Of a stretch of 64,000 nt of DNA, positions 36,718-48,130 are shown piece by piece (the first letter of the stretch is position 1; each line of letters opens with the position of its first letter). This DNA comes from Podarcis liolepis. Taxonomy: Eukaryota. The stretch lies in the NCBI GenBank assembly GCA_965112155.1, contig OZ218109.1; one strand, 5' to 3'. Under the pieces are notes generated by a model. The model saw nothing but the letters and a program-made list of their open reading frames with translations, had not been told where the DNA came from and ran no database searches. The position numbers were made by a program, and so were the translations under genes.

Positions 36718-38496
36718 TACTTTGCCACAACAAATCCACTCTTTTTTTTTTCTAACAAAGAAACTTTTCCGATTAGGAAAGTGATGGAAAAAATGCACTG
36801 AAAAGTGTGGGATGAATGAATGATTAACGAGTTGACATGCAACACATGCAAGCAAATCAGGAAAAATTTTCGTTTCCATTTAACTTCTCTGAAAACAAAT
36901 CAGAATGGACGCTCAATAAAGACTGGACATAGTCTAACCGCATAAGATTCCATTGTCATCGGGAAGAGCCCATGACTAAGGCAGGATATGTGAATATGTT
37001 TGAAAAGTTATTTCTTCCTGCTTTTTCCCCCTCTCTCTCTCCCTAAAACACACGCTTAAGAAAAAGATTTGACATCTTGCCAACAGAGGGCAACAGTCAA
37101 GCTATGACAAACCCACATCTATCATTTTTGTGACTTCCAATGACTTAGAAGGACACATAGAAAACCCTCATCTGCTTTTATGGATATGACTGTGTAATTG
37201 CAGTGTAATTATGGCAAACAACAGCTCCAGAAAATTATATTGGAGGAAAACAGCTGGTTCTCTTTAACAAACTGAGATGAAATCTTGTCACTTAAAATAA
37301 AACAAAATTCAAAGGGGGTAAAATACTAAAATATAGATACTGGTTATAAACAGACAAAACCAACAAAAGGACTTTTTAAAAACAAAAAATGAAAGGGAAG
37401 GGTAAAAAAAATACAGGAAACTGGGAAATACAAAGCACTAGGTTCTTATCTCACATGGTTTTATTTTGTAAGACAAACAGGTTCCTGCAATATTAACACC
37501 TGCGGCTTAAGTTTCACTTATGGGGCATCTCATTTCAAAAAGTGAAAGGTTTGACCCAACAGCCTACACAATTTATCATCCAAACCAAAGTCCCACATTC
37601 GAACTATTTACAGCAAAAGTTCTTCGTTGCAGAAATATAATGCAATTCAGATCTACGACACCAGTCTTCACCAACCCGGTGCCCTCCAGACATTTTGGAT
37701 TAAGTTTATCTGAAAAAGTAGCATACAAAGTAGCTTTCAAGGTAGTTAAAATAAACACATTAAAAAATAACTTAAATAAATGGTCTGAATGTTATAAAAT
37801 GCTATAAAATGCCTTGTATGGCAGTGTACATTTTTGAACAACCGTGGAGTTTGGAGATGTTATCTTTCTTTTAATCCATTTGGAGAGTTATCCTTCTCTT
37901 AATCCAAAATTTTGAGGCAATTCAAAGTTGTCAAAAACTGCTCTGGCAGTTTAAGATGCTGGGAAATGGTTTGCTTCCATCCATTTTCTTCAGCGAAAAA
38001 TCTGTTTTTCCCCCCCTCCGCTTTTCATCATGTAAGCAAGAGGCATTGTGTAGATGCAATTCTGCCTGCTCTGTGGTGATGAGAATGTCAACATCTACAG
38101 CTTGTTGTCAGTAGCCTCACTTCATCTTCTCTCTCAGACTAATGTTTGGTTAAAGATTGTGCGAGAGAGTGTTGTGTTCTCCCCTCCGCCCAGCCTCCTA
38201 TTTCATTCCTGCATGTCTGTAGTAACCTGTCAACTGTATAACTGTTCCCTTCATCCATCCATACTTCAAGGTCAAACATTTTATGAGGTGTGTTGAGCAA
38301 CAAGAGACATAAGAGATGTGAAATGTGCAGTCCTTCCAAGTTTCAGATGCAGATAAATATTTAGTGGACCTTCATAAAAGGTCAAACTGGTGAGCTTTCA
38401 GGATAAAATTAAGCATCATGTCCATACTTTCTCTGAGGCTTATGAAAATAAATCTGCTGGTGGAAGCCTGGGGAGAGAGAGGAGAGAGAGAGCGCC

Positions 38497-39030
38497 AAGT
38501 AATGTACAATATGCAAAAATCCATATATCGTGGTAAAGTGTGCAGATAGATGCATCTGATAGTGAAAATACAGTGGTACCTCGGGTTAAGAACTTAATTC
38601 GTTCTGGAGTTCTGTTCTTAACCTGAAACTGCTCTTAACCTGAGGTATCACTTTAGCTAATGGGGCCTCCCACTGCCACCACACCGCCACCGTGTGATTT
38701 CTGTTCTCATCCTGAGGTAAAGTTCTTAACCTGAGGTACTATTTCTGGGTTAGCGGAGTCTGCAACCTGAAGCGTCTGTAACTCGAGGTACCACTGTAAC
38801 ATACAAAATGCATTATATTGAGGAAAATTGCTTTGCAACAATATTTATATTTTAGAGGAAATTGCATATAACATTGTGTACAGCAGGTGAAATTTGCACA
38901 AATATGCTGACAACTTTTCAAGAGGACTTTCCTTAAAAAAATGCAAACTGATGTAGAAATGTTGAGAACTGAAGTTATGATTGGAAAAATGAGAAACTGT
39001 GTGAAGCATAAATTGACATATTCACCCATC
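38497..39030 (+). mobile_element. Old hAT-like element (3' part) hosting a mariner MITE
   Basis: TGCAT-rich core and tail ATATTCACCCATCTGTA like the other copies; contiguous across 38571-38796. Confidence 0.55.
38571..38796. mobile_element. Tc1/mariner (Tigger-like) MITE
   Basis: TIRs CAGTGGTACCTCGGGTTA / TAACTCGAGGTACCACTG with TA TSD. Confidence 0.9.
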
Positions 39031-39652
39031 TGTAACAGGAAGCTCCCTAACAACCTGTTTGAAGACTGATGGATGCCATTCCTGAATAGATTTAGTAATT
39101 TGAAGACAATCTTTAAGCATAAGAGCTCCCATTAACCACATCTTCCAAGGTGGGAAGGGTTCTCAACAAGAGAAGGATATCATGTGTAAGGATATCATGT
39201 GTGCTTAAGTTTCCTAAAAAATAAAGCAGAAAGAAAGAAAGTAACAACATTCCAGGCATTAGTTCACACACCACCACTGTTCATGGTTGGTTATCAACAT
39301 TACTAGTGGAAGATCTTTACCAGCAAATAGCTGTGCTTAAAATGACTGCCTTGGCCTTTAGTCTTTTCAGGAAGTCTAATGAGGACCTCAGAGGTCATGG
39401 TATGACTCATTCAGTGAAGTCATTTTCCCAATTAGTCTTCTGACAAATGCATTATGTGTAGAAGTAATTAAGGATGCATTTTAAGAACAAGTGGTTCCAA
39501 TAGGACTCACAGATGGTGAAGAAATCTGCTAACACCAATTTCACCCATTTATTTTATTTTTTAATGTACTAAAGGCATGGTGATTTAATAAAGCAAGTGG
39601 GTTTGTTTTCAGGCTAAAGCTGGTTGAGGTGTATATGTTTATACATACAATG

Positions 39653-40279
39653 CAGGTTTTGGTGTCTTCGGGTGTCTTCCCGTGTAAGAGTTGGGGTGTC
39701 TAGGCGACGTTTCGACGAGGTCTCACTCGTCATCTTCAGGCTGGTGCTTTCGGCTTCTTGTTACTGGAACAGAGCAGGATGTCAGTGTTTGAGTTCCTAT
39801 AAATACTGTTGAGGGGGTGTGGTGTATAGCCTCCAACGTTCTGGGCAGAGAGGAAGTTCCCAGGTTAGTGTGCCTTTTCTTCTTTTGTTCCTTAATTACT
39901 TGAGGGATATCTTGAGTGATTTCTTGAGTGATATTCTGAGTACCACTTAGGTGGGTCATTAAGTGTGGATTAGTTGCTAAAGCTTTCGTGTCTTGACCTC
40001 TTGAGCTTGTGAAGAGTTTTTCTGAGAAGATGGCTGTACTGCACTTAGTTGTGCTCTGGCTTGGCTTCGTGTATAGGGGCGAGCTGTGGTTTTGTGCCCT
40101 GTGCCAGCCAGATCTGTGTAGGGATTGCAGGGGGGTGCAGCATCCGGAGGTGCCACTATGGTTTGGCTACTGGATGGTGTCTGTAATTTATCTGTGGAGA
40201 GGGTCTGGGTTTGGGTCTGGTGTGGTTGATTGGTGATGGCGTTCTGTGTGCCTCTGGTTCTGGTGTCGGTTTTTGTGCC
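39653..40279 (-). mobile_element. Penelope-like element 3'/pLTR fragment
   Basis: Bounded by an exact 12-bp direct repeat ATACATACAATG (39641-39652, 40280-40291); carries a PLE-type minimal hammerhead near its 3' end. Confidence 0.8.
39700..39745 (-). ncRNA. Minimal type I hammerhead ribozyme
   Basis: Minus strand reads CUGAAGA-U-GACGAG(ugagac)CUCGUC-GAAAC-GUC: both catalytic boxes, a perfect 6-bp stem II and a GUC cleavage triplet. Confidence 0.8.
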
Positions 40280-41061
40280 ATACATACAATGGCTCTACAT
40301 ACAAAGGCTTTGTCTTTGTTGCAGCCTGAATTTCAAATTGGTCCAATCAGAGAAGTTGGATCTAAGTTTATTGTGCCTTCCTGTTTTCTGAATTTCAGGA
40401 CATCCATGTGCTTCTGTGCAAGTTATTCTGGACCTGCTTATCTTCTTTTACACCACTGCACCACTGGAAACCATCCAGGGGGCTGCATGCTAAAGGTGGG
40501 TGAGGCCAAGTGAAAAAGTTGGTAGAGATGCATAACAGATACATATATAAACATATATCAGGAATGGGAGACCAGAGACCCTATAGGTGTTGTTGGACTA
40601 CAACTCCCATTATCCTTGACCACTGGCAATGCTGGCTGGAGCTGATAGGAGGTGGAGTACTCCTATCAACATCTCTGGAGGGCCAAGGGGCCCAATCTGT
40701 GATATATATGGGGAACACACATTAACTATTTTGTTGGGCTAATCAAAGATTTTTTTCAGTCTAATCCCTGTTCAGTCTGTTAAATGGCAATGCAAGGAGA
40801 ACCTTCTTGGTGATGGTGCCCAGTTTTTGAACTCTTTCCCATTTGTGACATGGCTGTTGCCTACTTTTCAAAGTTTTAGATGCCAGCTGAAGACATCATT
40901 AGTTGCCTAGGTTTTTAGTGGACTCTTAATACCAGCAATGATGTTTGTAGTTAGTTGGTTGTGACTTTCCTGGCTTGTTTCTAGCAAATGCATTGCGAAC
41001 TTGGAACCGTTTTAGTTGTAACCTGCTCTAAAATTCCTGCCCAATAAGTAGCAGGTAAGTA

Positions 41062-41330
41062 CCGTATTTTTTTTGCTCCATAAGACTCACTTTTCCCCTC
41101 TAAGAAGTAAGGGGAAATGTGTGTGCGTCTTATGGAGCGAGTGCAGGCTGTGCAGCTATCCCAGAAGCCAGAACAACAAGAGGGATTGCTGCTTTCACTG
41201 CGCAGCGATCTCTCTTGCTGTTCTGGCTTCTGAGATTCAGAATATTTTTTTCCTTGTTTTCCTCCTCCAAAAACTAGGTGCGTCTTGTGGTCTGGTGCGT
41301 CTTATAAAGCGAAAAATGCGAAAAATACGG
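41062..41330. mobile_element. Tc2/pogo-type MITE
   Basis: TIRs CCGTATTTTT..GCTCCATAAGAC / GTCTTATAAAGCG..AAAAATACGG with TA TSD on both sides. Confidence 0.9.
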
Positions 41331-41748
41331 TAATTTAAATAAGGTAAAATAAGTACACTATAATTGACAGCCACAGAATTGACACTGTGACTATAACAGA
41401 ACAGCGCTTGCAAGAAAACGAACCTCCCAAACAGCTCATATGAAAAGTTGTTTGTACTGAACACATTTAATCAAGATACAAGAGTTTGCACGAAGATTTT
41501 ATAAACAAAGAAAAATGAATTCGTTGGTGGGGGGATAATTTATTCACTATGAATTATTCACCCATCTCTAATTGCACGGATGCTGCATAAAATTAAGCAT
41601 TATCCTGAGATACGAAGACCAGTTACAACCATGTGCAATCTACAAAGCTCTGCAAAAGCATCTTTGCACTGCAAAGCAACCTAAGTCATTCCAATAGGCA
41701 AACGGTTTTTACTCCTTCCTTGTACTATTATCAAGAGTTACTCTGGTT

Positions 41749-41838
41749 CATAGCTGTCAACGTTTGCCTTTTTTAAAGGGAAATTCCCTTATTCCGAAAA
41801 GGATTCCTTGCAAGAAAAGGGAAAAGTTGACAGCAATG
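41749..41838. mobile_element. Very short hAT MITE (90 bp)
   Basis: TIRs CATAGCTGTCAAC / GTTGACAGCAATG and an exact 8-bp TSD CTCTGGTT. Confidence 0.9.
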
Positions 41839-44042
41839 CTCTGGTTGGCTACAGGTTATTATTTGTGGAGGAGGAAATTCAGAGATTGGGAAGCAGTTCC
41901 TCATGTTGTGATTCCTACTCAGCTGCGCTATGTTTGTGAATTACCATAACCACATTATTGCAATTGTCAATTGCATAAGCCAACCTTCCTTAACTAGGTG
42001 CCCTCCAGAAGTTTTGGACTACAAGTTCCATCAACCCCAGCCAGCAATGGTCAGCGATGACAAAACTTGTAGGGCACCAGATTGAGGAAAGCTGCCATAG
42101 ACCTTTCCCTCTCAGTCAGCACCTCACCAAGATGGGCAGTGATGGCAAAGGACCACAAGAACAGCTAGCTCTATGACTTGTGGAGCGTGATTGTGTACGA
42201 TTGCAACATAGGGATGCATGCAATGGTGAATGTATGTGAAAGAGGCTCTTAGAGATATTAGACTGAGAGGTGAACATGAAAAAGTGTTCACCCAAATCAA
42301 GTTGTGTTCAGCTTTCAGTGTAAATTCACTCCGAATGTATGCTTGCTTGGTTACAGTTATGCACAAATAAGCACTCAAAATTCTTCACCCTATTTGTGGG
42401 CAGAGAAATTGGGAGGACCTCTTTTCACATCATTTCTGCAAGTAGCAGTAGCAGGAACGGTAATTGCAGCCATCATTTGGCATCTTCCAGGATGCCCTGG
42501 GTGTAGTATCCATTCTGGGGCATTGGAGAAGAAAATGACACCTGCCGCTAAAAGAAAACATGGTGGAGAAAATTATGCCAAGTGGCCTTGTTTTTCTAGA
42601 GATCTGAGAAAAAGAAAAGGATATTATCCGGGGGCGGGGGGAGTGTCTTCTGGAAAATATTGGCTCAGCTCTAGTTTCAATGATTTTCTTAGACTAAGGC
42701 ATCCAGGAAGCTGCCTTATCCCAAGTTCATCTAGACATGGGATAGCCAAAATGGTGCCCTACCAGTGTTGTTGGACTACAGCTCTCATCATCCCCATCCA
42801 TTGACCATGCTGACTGGGGCTGATGGGAGTTCTGGTCCACAGCATCTCATGGACCCCATGTTGGATATCCCAGGTCTATACCATATTTGTCCATCTATGG
42901 ACGAATATAGCATTGTTTAAACTTGGCCCTTAGCAAGAGTTAAAATGCAGTGCACCCTCTATAATATTGTTCTTTGGGACATAGCTGAACTACTTTCTAC
43001 AGTTTCCACATAAAGGTCTGATGAGTACAGGAACCTGCTGGAGACACTGAGCTGTACAGAGTAATGAGTTGGAACACTGTTATAGTGGAATGTGTGTTAT
43101 ACGATTCCAAAAGGGAGATGATATTCGATGATCTCATCCCGAAGGTTACTAAATAAATGAGTGTAAATGGCTAGTTGGTTCTCTTTATTTCAGCATGCGG
43201 TGTAGACATTTCCTTCCTATTCCTCTGTACAAGTATATTGTATCACATTAAGCTTGACAGTAAGGATTGACTTAGAGGCTTTCAGCTCTGTGTAGTAATT
43301 CTGATCCTCCCCCCCCCCCCAACACTTAAGTGATTAATTTAATATACATGCTTGCCATCATTTTACACCTGGCATTTTTATAAATGAATACTGTACCATA
43401 CTGCTTTGACTAGAACAGATTGCCAGTAGTTTTAAAATATCAATTAAAATAAATACTGGTTTTGCGTCCTTTCCTTTTTGGCCCGCATTTCTGGAAATAT
43501 AGCACAAAGTTGCTGAAGGCTGGATGCAGAAGTTACTGCTGTGTTCAAGAAGGTATGAGTTTTTATAAATATATAAAATGTTTTTCACATGGCTTAAGGC
43601 AGGAACCCAACAATACAAGACTGGTGCAAATGCTCCCCCGTGTAAAATAAAAGTACATCAAAGGAAATGAACATGAAGTGCTGCTTCAACAGCTCACAAT
43701 CAATGCTTATAAGGATGTTGAGGAGGGATAGCTTAGAATTTGTGAAGACAGCTGCGCAAAATTATTTATCGACCAGCCTGATTTATTAAATATGGCCCTC
43801 AGAAAGGCTGAGGCCTTAGTTCAGTTCTGCATATACGCTGGAATTAGTGTTATCTAGCAAGCAACTGGTTGCCACCTCTGTTGCTACTTCTAAGTGCTCT
43901 ATCCATGTTAGCTTCTCATCTTTCTGCTTAGGGGTCAGAGGTGGGCTCGGTCAAGGTTGGTACTTGGGTGGGTCAAGACAGGTAAGGATTGTTGCACAAA
44001 TGCTGTTATTACAAGGAGGGGAACAGGAGACCTTCAAGATCC

Positions 44043-44260
44043 AAAACATTAGGAAGAACTTCCTGACAGTAAGAGCTGTTCGACAGTGGAATTTGCTGCC
44101 AAGGAGTGTGGTGGAGTCTCCTTCTTTGGAGGTCTTTAAGCAGAGGCTTGACAACCATATGTCAGGAGTGCTCTGATGGTGTTTCCTGCTTGGCAGGGGG
44201 TTGGACTCGATGGCCCTTGTGGTCTCTTCCAACTCTATGATTCTATGATTCTATTCTATG
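44043..44260 (+). mobile_element. Young CR1 LINE 3' end inserted in a Charlie-type MITE
   Basis: NIRKNFLTVRAVRQWNLLPRSVVESPSLEVFKQRLDNHMSGVL* followed by an (ATTCTATG)n tail. Confidence 0.95.
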
Positions 44261-45004
44261 TTGCGGGACTATAGCTCCCACCATCCCTGTTCAGTGGCCA
44301 TGCTGGCTGGGGCTGATGGGTGTTGAAGTCCAACAACATCTGGGACACCACAGGTTCTTTATCCCTGCATAATTTAAACAGATTATGAAATGTCAATACA
44401 GCTGAAGTAATGAAATGCTAGATTCTGAATGACACTGAAAGCTGGGGATTGCATATTGTTTTATTAAGTCCTTCCTAATCATTTCAATACACTTCCATCT
44501 TTTTGTTCTTTTATTACTCTGATCTTCCTCCAGTTTATTAATGATAGAACATTCACTTCTAAAAATTGGTTGACCTAAGTGAGGCTTAGATATTTCTTTA
44601 AATGTATCCCCCCCCACCCACCCACTTCCGATTTAATTAAAGGGTTGCTGCAGACTTAAGAGAAATCATTAGCTCCTGACTTTTTTTCAGCCTTCACATT
44701 TTTAATAGGAAAAGTGAATCAATTTGGGGTTTATATTAATAATATTGATTTACCTTCAGTATCCAAAAATATCAATGGGGAGAACAATGCAATGGCATTG
44801 ATATGTTAAAGAGATTAAATCTGTGCTGCAAAGATATTTTAATCTTATTTAGGATTGTTTAGACTAAAGGAGATTGATAATGAAGTGATACAAAATGGGG
44901 CTGAGCTATGAGGCATAGAAATGACATGCAGATTTGGTTGTGTTTAGAATAAACCCATAAGTGGGAAAATGTCTCCTTATACCAAGATGAGGAATATATT
45001 GAAA

Positions 45005-45310
45005 TACAGAGAAATTGTTTTAGTTATAGGAAATGAATCACCGTGAGGTCGATGGAAGTAAAAAAAAACCAAAAATATAATAAAAAGAGATTCACCTCAG
45101 AAGGGTCAGCATCTCAGTAGAGAAATGACATTCTGGGATGTCTGTTATAGTTACTTTGTATTATACTTATGTTCTTACTTTTTGTGTTTGCTCTGTTTTC
45201 TTTTTTTCTTTTCTTTTTGTATTCAGCTGAAATGTTTGTATACTTTGTTTCATTTGTATCTGCATAATAATCCAATAAAAAAATTTAAAAAGAAAAGAAA
45301 AGAAAAGAAA
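45005..45310 (+). mobile_element. L1-like 3'UTR fragment with A-rich tail
   Basis: GAGGTCGATGGAAGT motif shared with 2516-3439, a T-rich tract, AATAAA and (AAAAG)n. Confidence 0.55.
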
Positions 45311-46253
45311 TGATGTGTAGTTTCTTTCTTCAAACGATGCTAATTTGTCTACTTTTTAGTAGGGTTACATGGGCATCTCACAACTTCTCCCCAAGGGGTG
45401 GGCTGTATCAAGGCTTTGTGTACCTTCTAAGCAAATGGAGCCCTGAGTGAGTTTTGAGAAGTATCTACTACTGACAACTCCTCCCTCCTTACAAATCCTT
45501 TTTATGCTGGGACAAAACACTGACCGTGTGTTCAATCCACGCCCCAGCAAAGCATCATTTCCTGCTGGGTTCTAGGACTACAAATCCCAGAAATCCTGGT
45601 AGAATGCTAATGCTGTGCAGTGTGGTTCCCAGCACAAAGATGTGTGTTATTTGCAGTCACGGAAAGGTCCCATGTGGCTTCATTCTTGGTCACCAGTTAC
45701 ATACAGGCAGAGCGATGCTAACTATAGAAAACTGACATAAATTACACCAGCTCATATTACCCTTATTCCAGAATCTGTTTAGGAGAAATTTGGAGGAATT
45801 TTACTTACACTTCCTAAGTTTCACTGCATTGCCAGGTCACATGGCTGAGCTGAAAGGACTCTTGCAATAGGCACAAATATCCCCTGGTCCTATCCTGCCG
45901 CACCCCTGCAATGTGCTTTTGGGGGACTTAGGCCAGGATAAACTACACTGTCTCAAATTCTGCTGGCTGAGCCAGAAACAAGAGACTTAACACAGCTCAG
46001 TCCCAGGAAAGCCCAAGACCCACCAAATCTAAACTCTTTCTTTCTGGTGTATCCTGGGTTTGGATCGCTCTTAAAATGCCATTCCCTGCAGGGAATCATT
46101 GGGTGTGCAGTCAAACCTGATGATTCCATTGGTGGAAAATATGCTAAGAGTTTCATTTTCTACCTGTGGAGCAGCTCTGTGTCCAATGAGGTGGCTTTTT
46201 TTGCAGCCAATTTCTCTTCCCCCTCATCCTCCAAAGGAAAGTGCAAAAGGTCA

Positions 46254-46255
<2 letters not shown>

Positions 46256-46296
<41 letters not shown>
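46256..46296. repeat. (AG)n microsatellite
   Basis: Read directly from the sequence. Confidence 0.95.
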
Positions 46297-46302
<6 letters not shown>

Positions 46303-46399
46303 GAGTGGGACATGAATGAATTCCAGGCTGGCATGTTTGATAGGACCTCTACCCACTTAGTATGGCCATGAGTCCTATTCTAGAGAAGACAACCCAGTG

Positions 46400-46655
46400 T
46401 GACAGTGTGGTGTAGTGGTTAAGAGCAGTAGACTCGTAATCTGGTGAACCAGGTTTGCGTCTCCGCTCCTCCACATGCAGCTGCTGGGTGACCTTGGGCT
46501 AGTCACACTTCTCTGAAGTCTCTCAGCCCCACTCACCTCACAGAGTGTTTGTTGTGGGGGAGGAAGTGAAAGGAGAATGTTAGCTGCTTTGAGACTCCTT
46601 CGGGTAGTGATAAAGTGGGATATCAAATCCAAACTCTTCTTCTCTCTTCTTCTTC
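46400..46655 (+). mobile_element. tRNA-derived SINE (Squam3-like)
   Basis: A-box head GTGGTGTAGTGGTTAAGAGC, GGGTGACCTTGGGCTAGTCAC core, L2-like 3' end and (CTT)n tail. Confidence 0.85.
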
Positions 46656-47920
46656 GTCAGAAGGGCTCTCTGGTCCAATGATAAAGATAAAGGACATTAA
46701 GACAGGACAGCAGGGGCCCAGCTGTAAGCTCCTGGACAGTAGACTGAGTCAGGCCCAACAGACACAAGCATCCCCTCTACAGTGAGATATACTGTATTTC
46801 AATGTGAATTGTAGTAATTATTTCACCGATGCATATAAATTAGCATATGCAAATTTTATGCAAAACTATGTCCACTGTTTTGGTCGTGCAGGTCCTCTTG
46901 GGGGCAATATATAAATAGAAATATGTAAATGGTCACCCTTATAGATCGCTGTAATTTGAGCATATTCTAGCACCCTTCTAAATTATTACCCCATCCCTAG
47001 GCTAGAAAGCTTATGAGTCATCTGAAAGAACTTTGATTTGTAAGAGTCCTCGCACACCATTAAAAAGCGCACATGTGTTATGATGAGCCTCCTTTTCTCC
47101 CAAGAATAGAGCTATCACTGGACCCTGTTATCTCACCACCCCAAGGTACAATATGATAATGATACCACTTAACACCAGCACATACAGAGAGAAAACACTG
47201 GAGATGCTGCAAGCATCTCAACTATAAAGAAAATCAAATTAAAATATTAATTTACTGATTAATATAACATTAGGTGACCCATTTCTCCAGCTTGTTAAAC
47301 AACAAAGCCTTGTGAAGCTAAATAACTGCCTCAGAGATAAGTGTTTTTAGAATTCCCATGGAGATGTTTAGCTCCTTTTTAAACATCATTAAAGATACAC
47401 TGTGCATGTAACAGGCAGCTTTATTTTCTGCTGCGCTGACAAGTCCTGTTTGTGTTGTTTGTTGATACGTACTTTAAAAGGGGGTCACAGAGAGTTGCGG
47501 AGTTTTTCAATTAGAGAGTTTTGAGCAACTAGGGTGACTTTTGAAGTGCTGGTGCACGTATTAGGAGAAAGGGAGTGTGGAAAGGCAAGTTGTGTCATTG
47601 GGCACATACCATCACAACACAAGACACCCTCATGAAGGTCCTCATCCAGCACAAAGAAGTAAATGAAGGTAAGTCCCACTGAAACCAGAGCACGTAGCTT
47701 CACCACTGCCAGGGGCCACATATCTGTGGTAGGCAGAGCCAGATACATAAGTAAACAAAACAATGGATGTGTCTCTAGTCTTTGTCCTAGGCTGGATTCT
47801 ACCAATACCGAAGCCAAAGGGTTACACAACCATGTGAACACTTTCCATTCTCCACTTTGAAGCCAAAATCCTGGGTGCCATATTCCCAGGCACCATCTTC
47901 CCATTTTTTATCGCGAGACC

Positions 47921-48130
47921 ATGGCGGCCATTTTGGTTGCTGTAATCCCGTGTGATTTTGCGCCACAGTTTCCTACCCCTCACACACATATAAAGCTTTT
48001 TTTTTCCAGACACAGTGGCAAAAGCCACATACTTTGGGGGTGTTGTGACCCCGAAGAAAGCATTTTTTATGGTGGAGGGGATCTCACTGCAAAATCACGC
48101 AAAATCGCAGCAGCCAAAATGGCCGCTGTT
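47921..48130. mobile_element. Inverted-repeat element (probable MITE core)
   Basis: ATGGCGGCCATTTTGGTTGCTG..GTGATTTTGC is imperfectly mirrored by GCAAAATCAC..CAGCAGCCAAAATGGCCGCTGT; related sequence lies near 22910-23150. Confidence 0.6.

Noticed and set aside
36431-36784. 117-aa ORF as a gene
   Set aside because: Off-frame reading of an RTE LINE 3' end.
42304-42804. 166-aa ORF
   Set aside because: No recognisable domain or splice context, a non-ATG start, and it ends inside a MITE.
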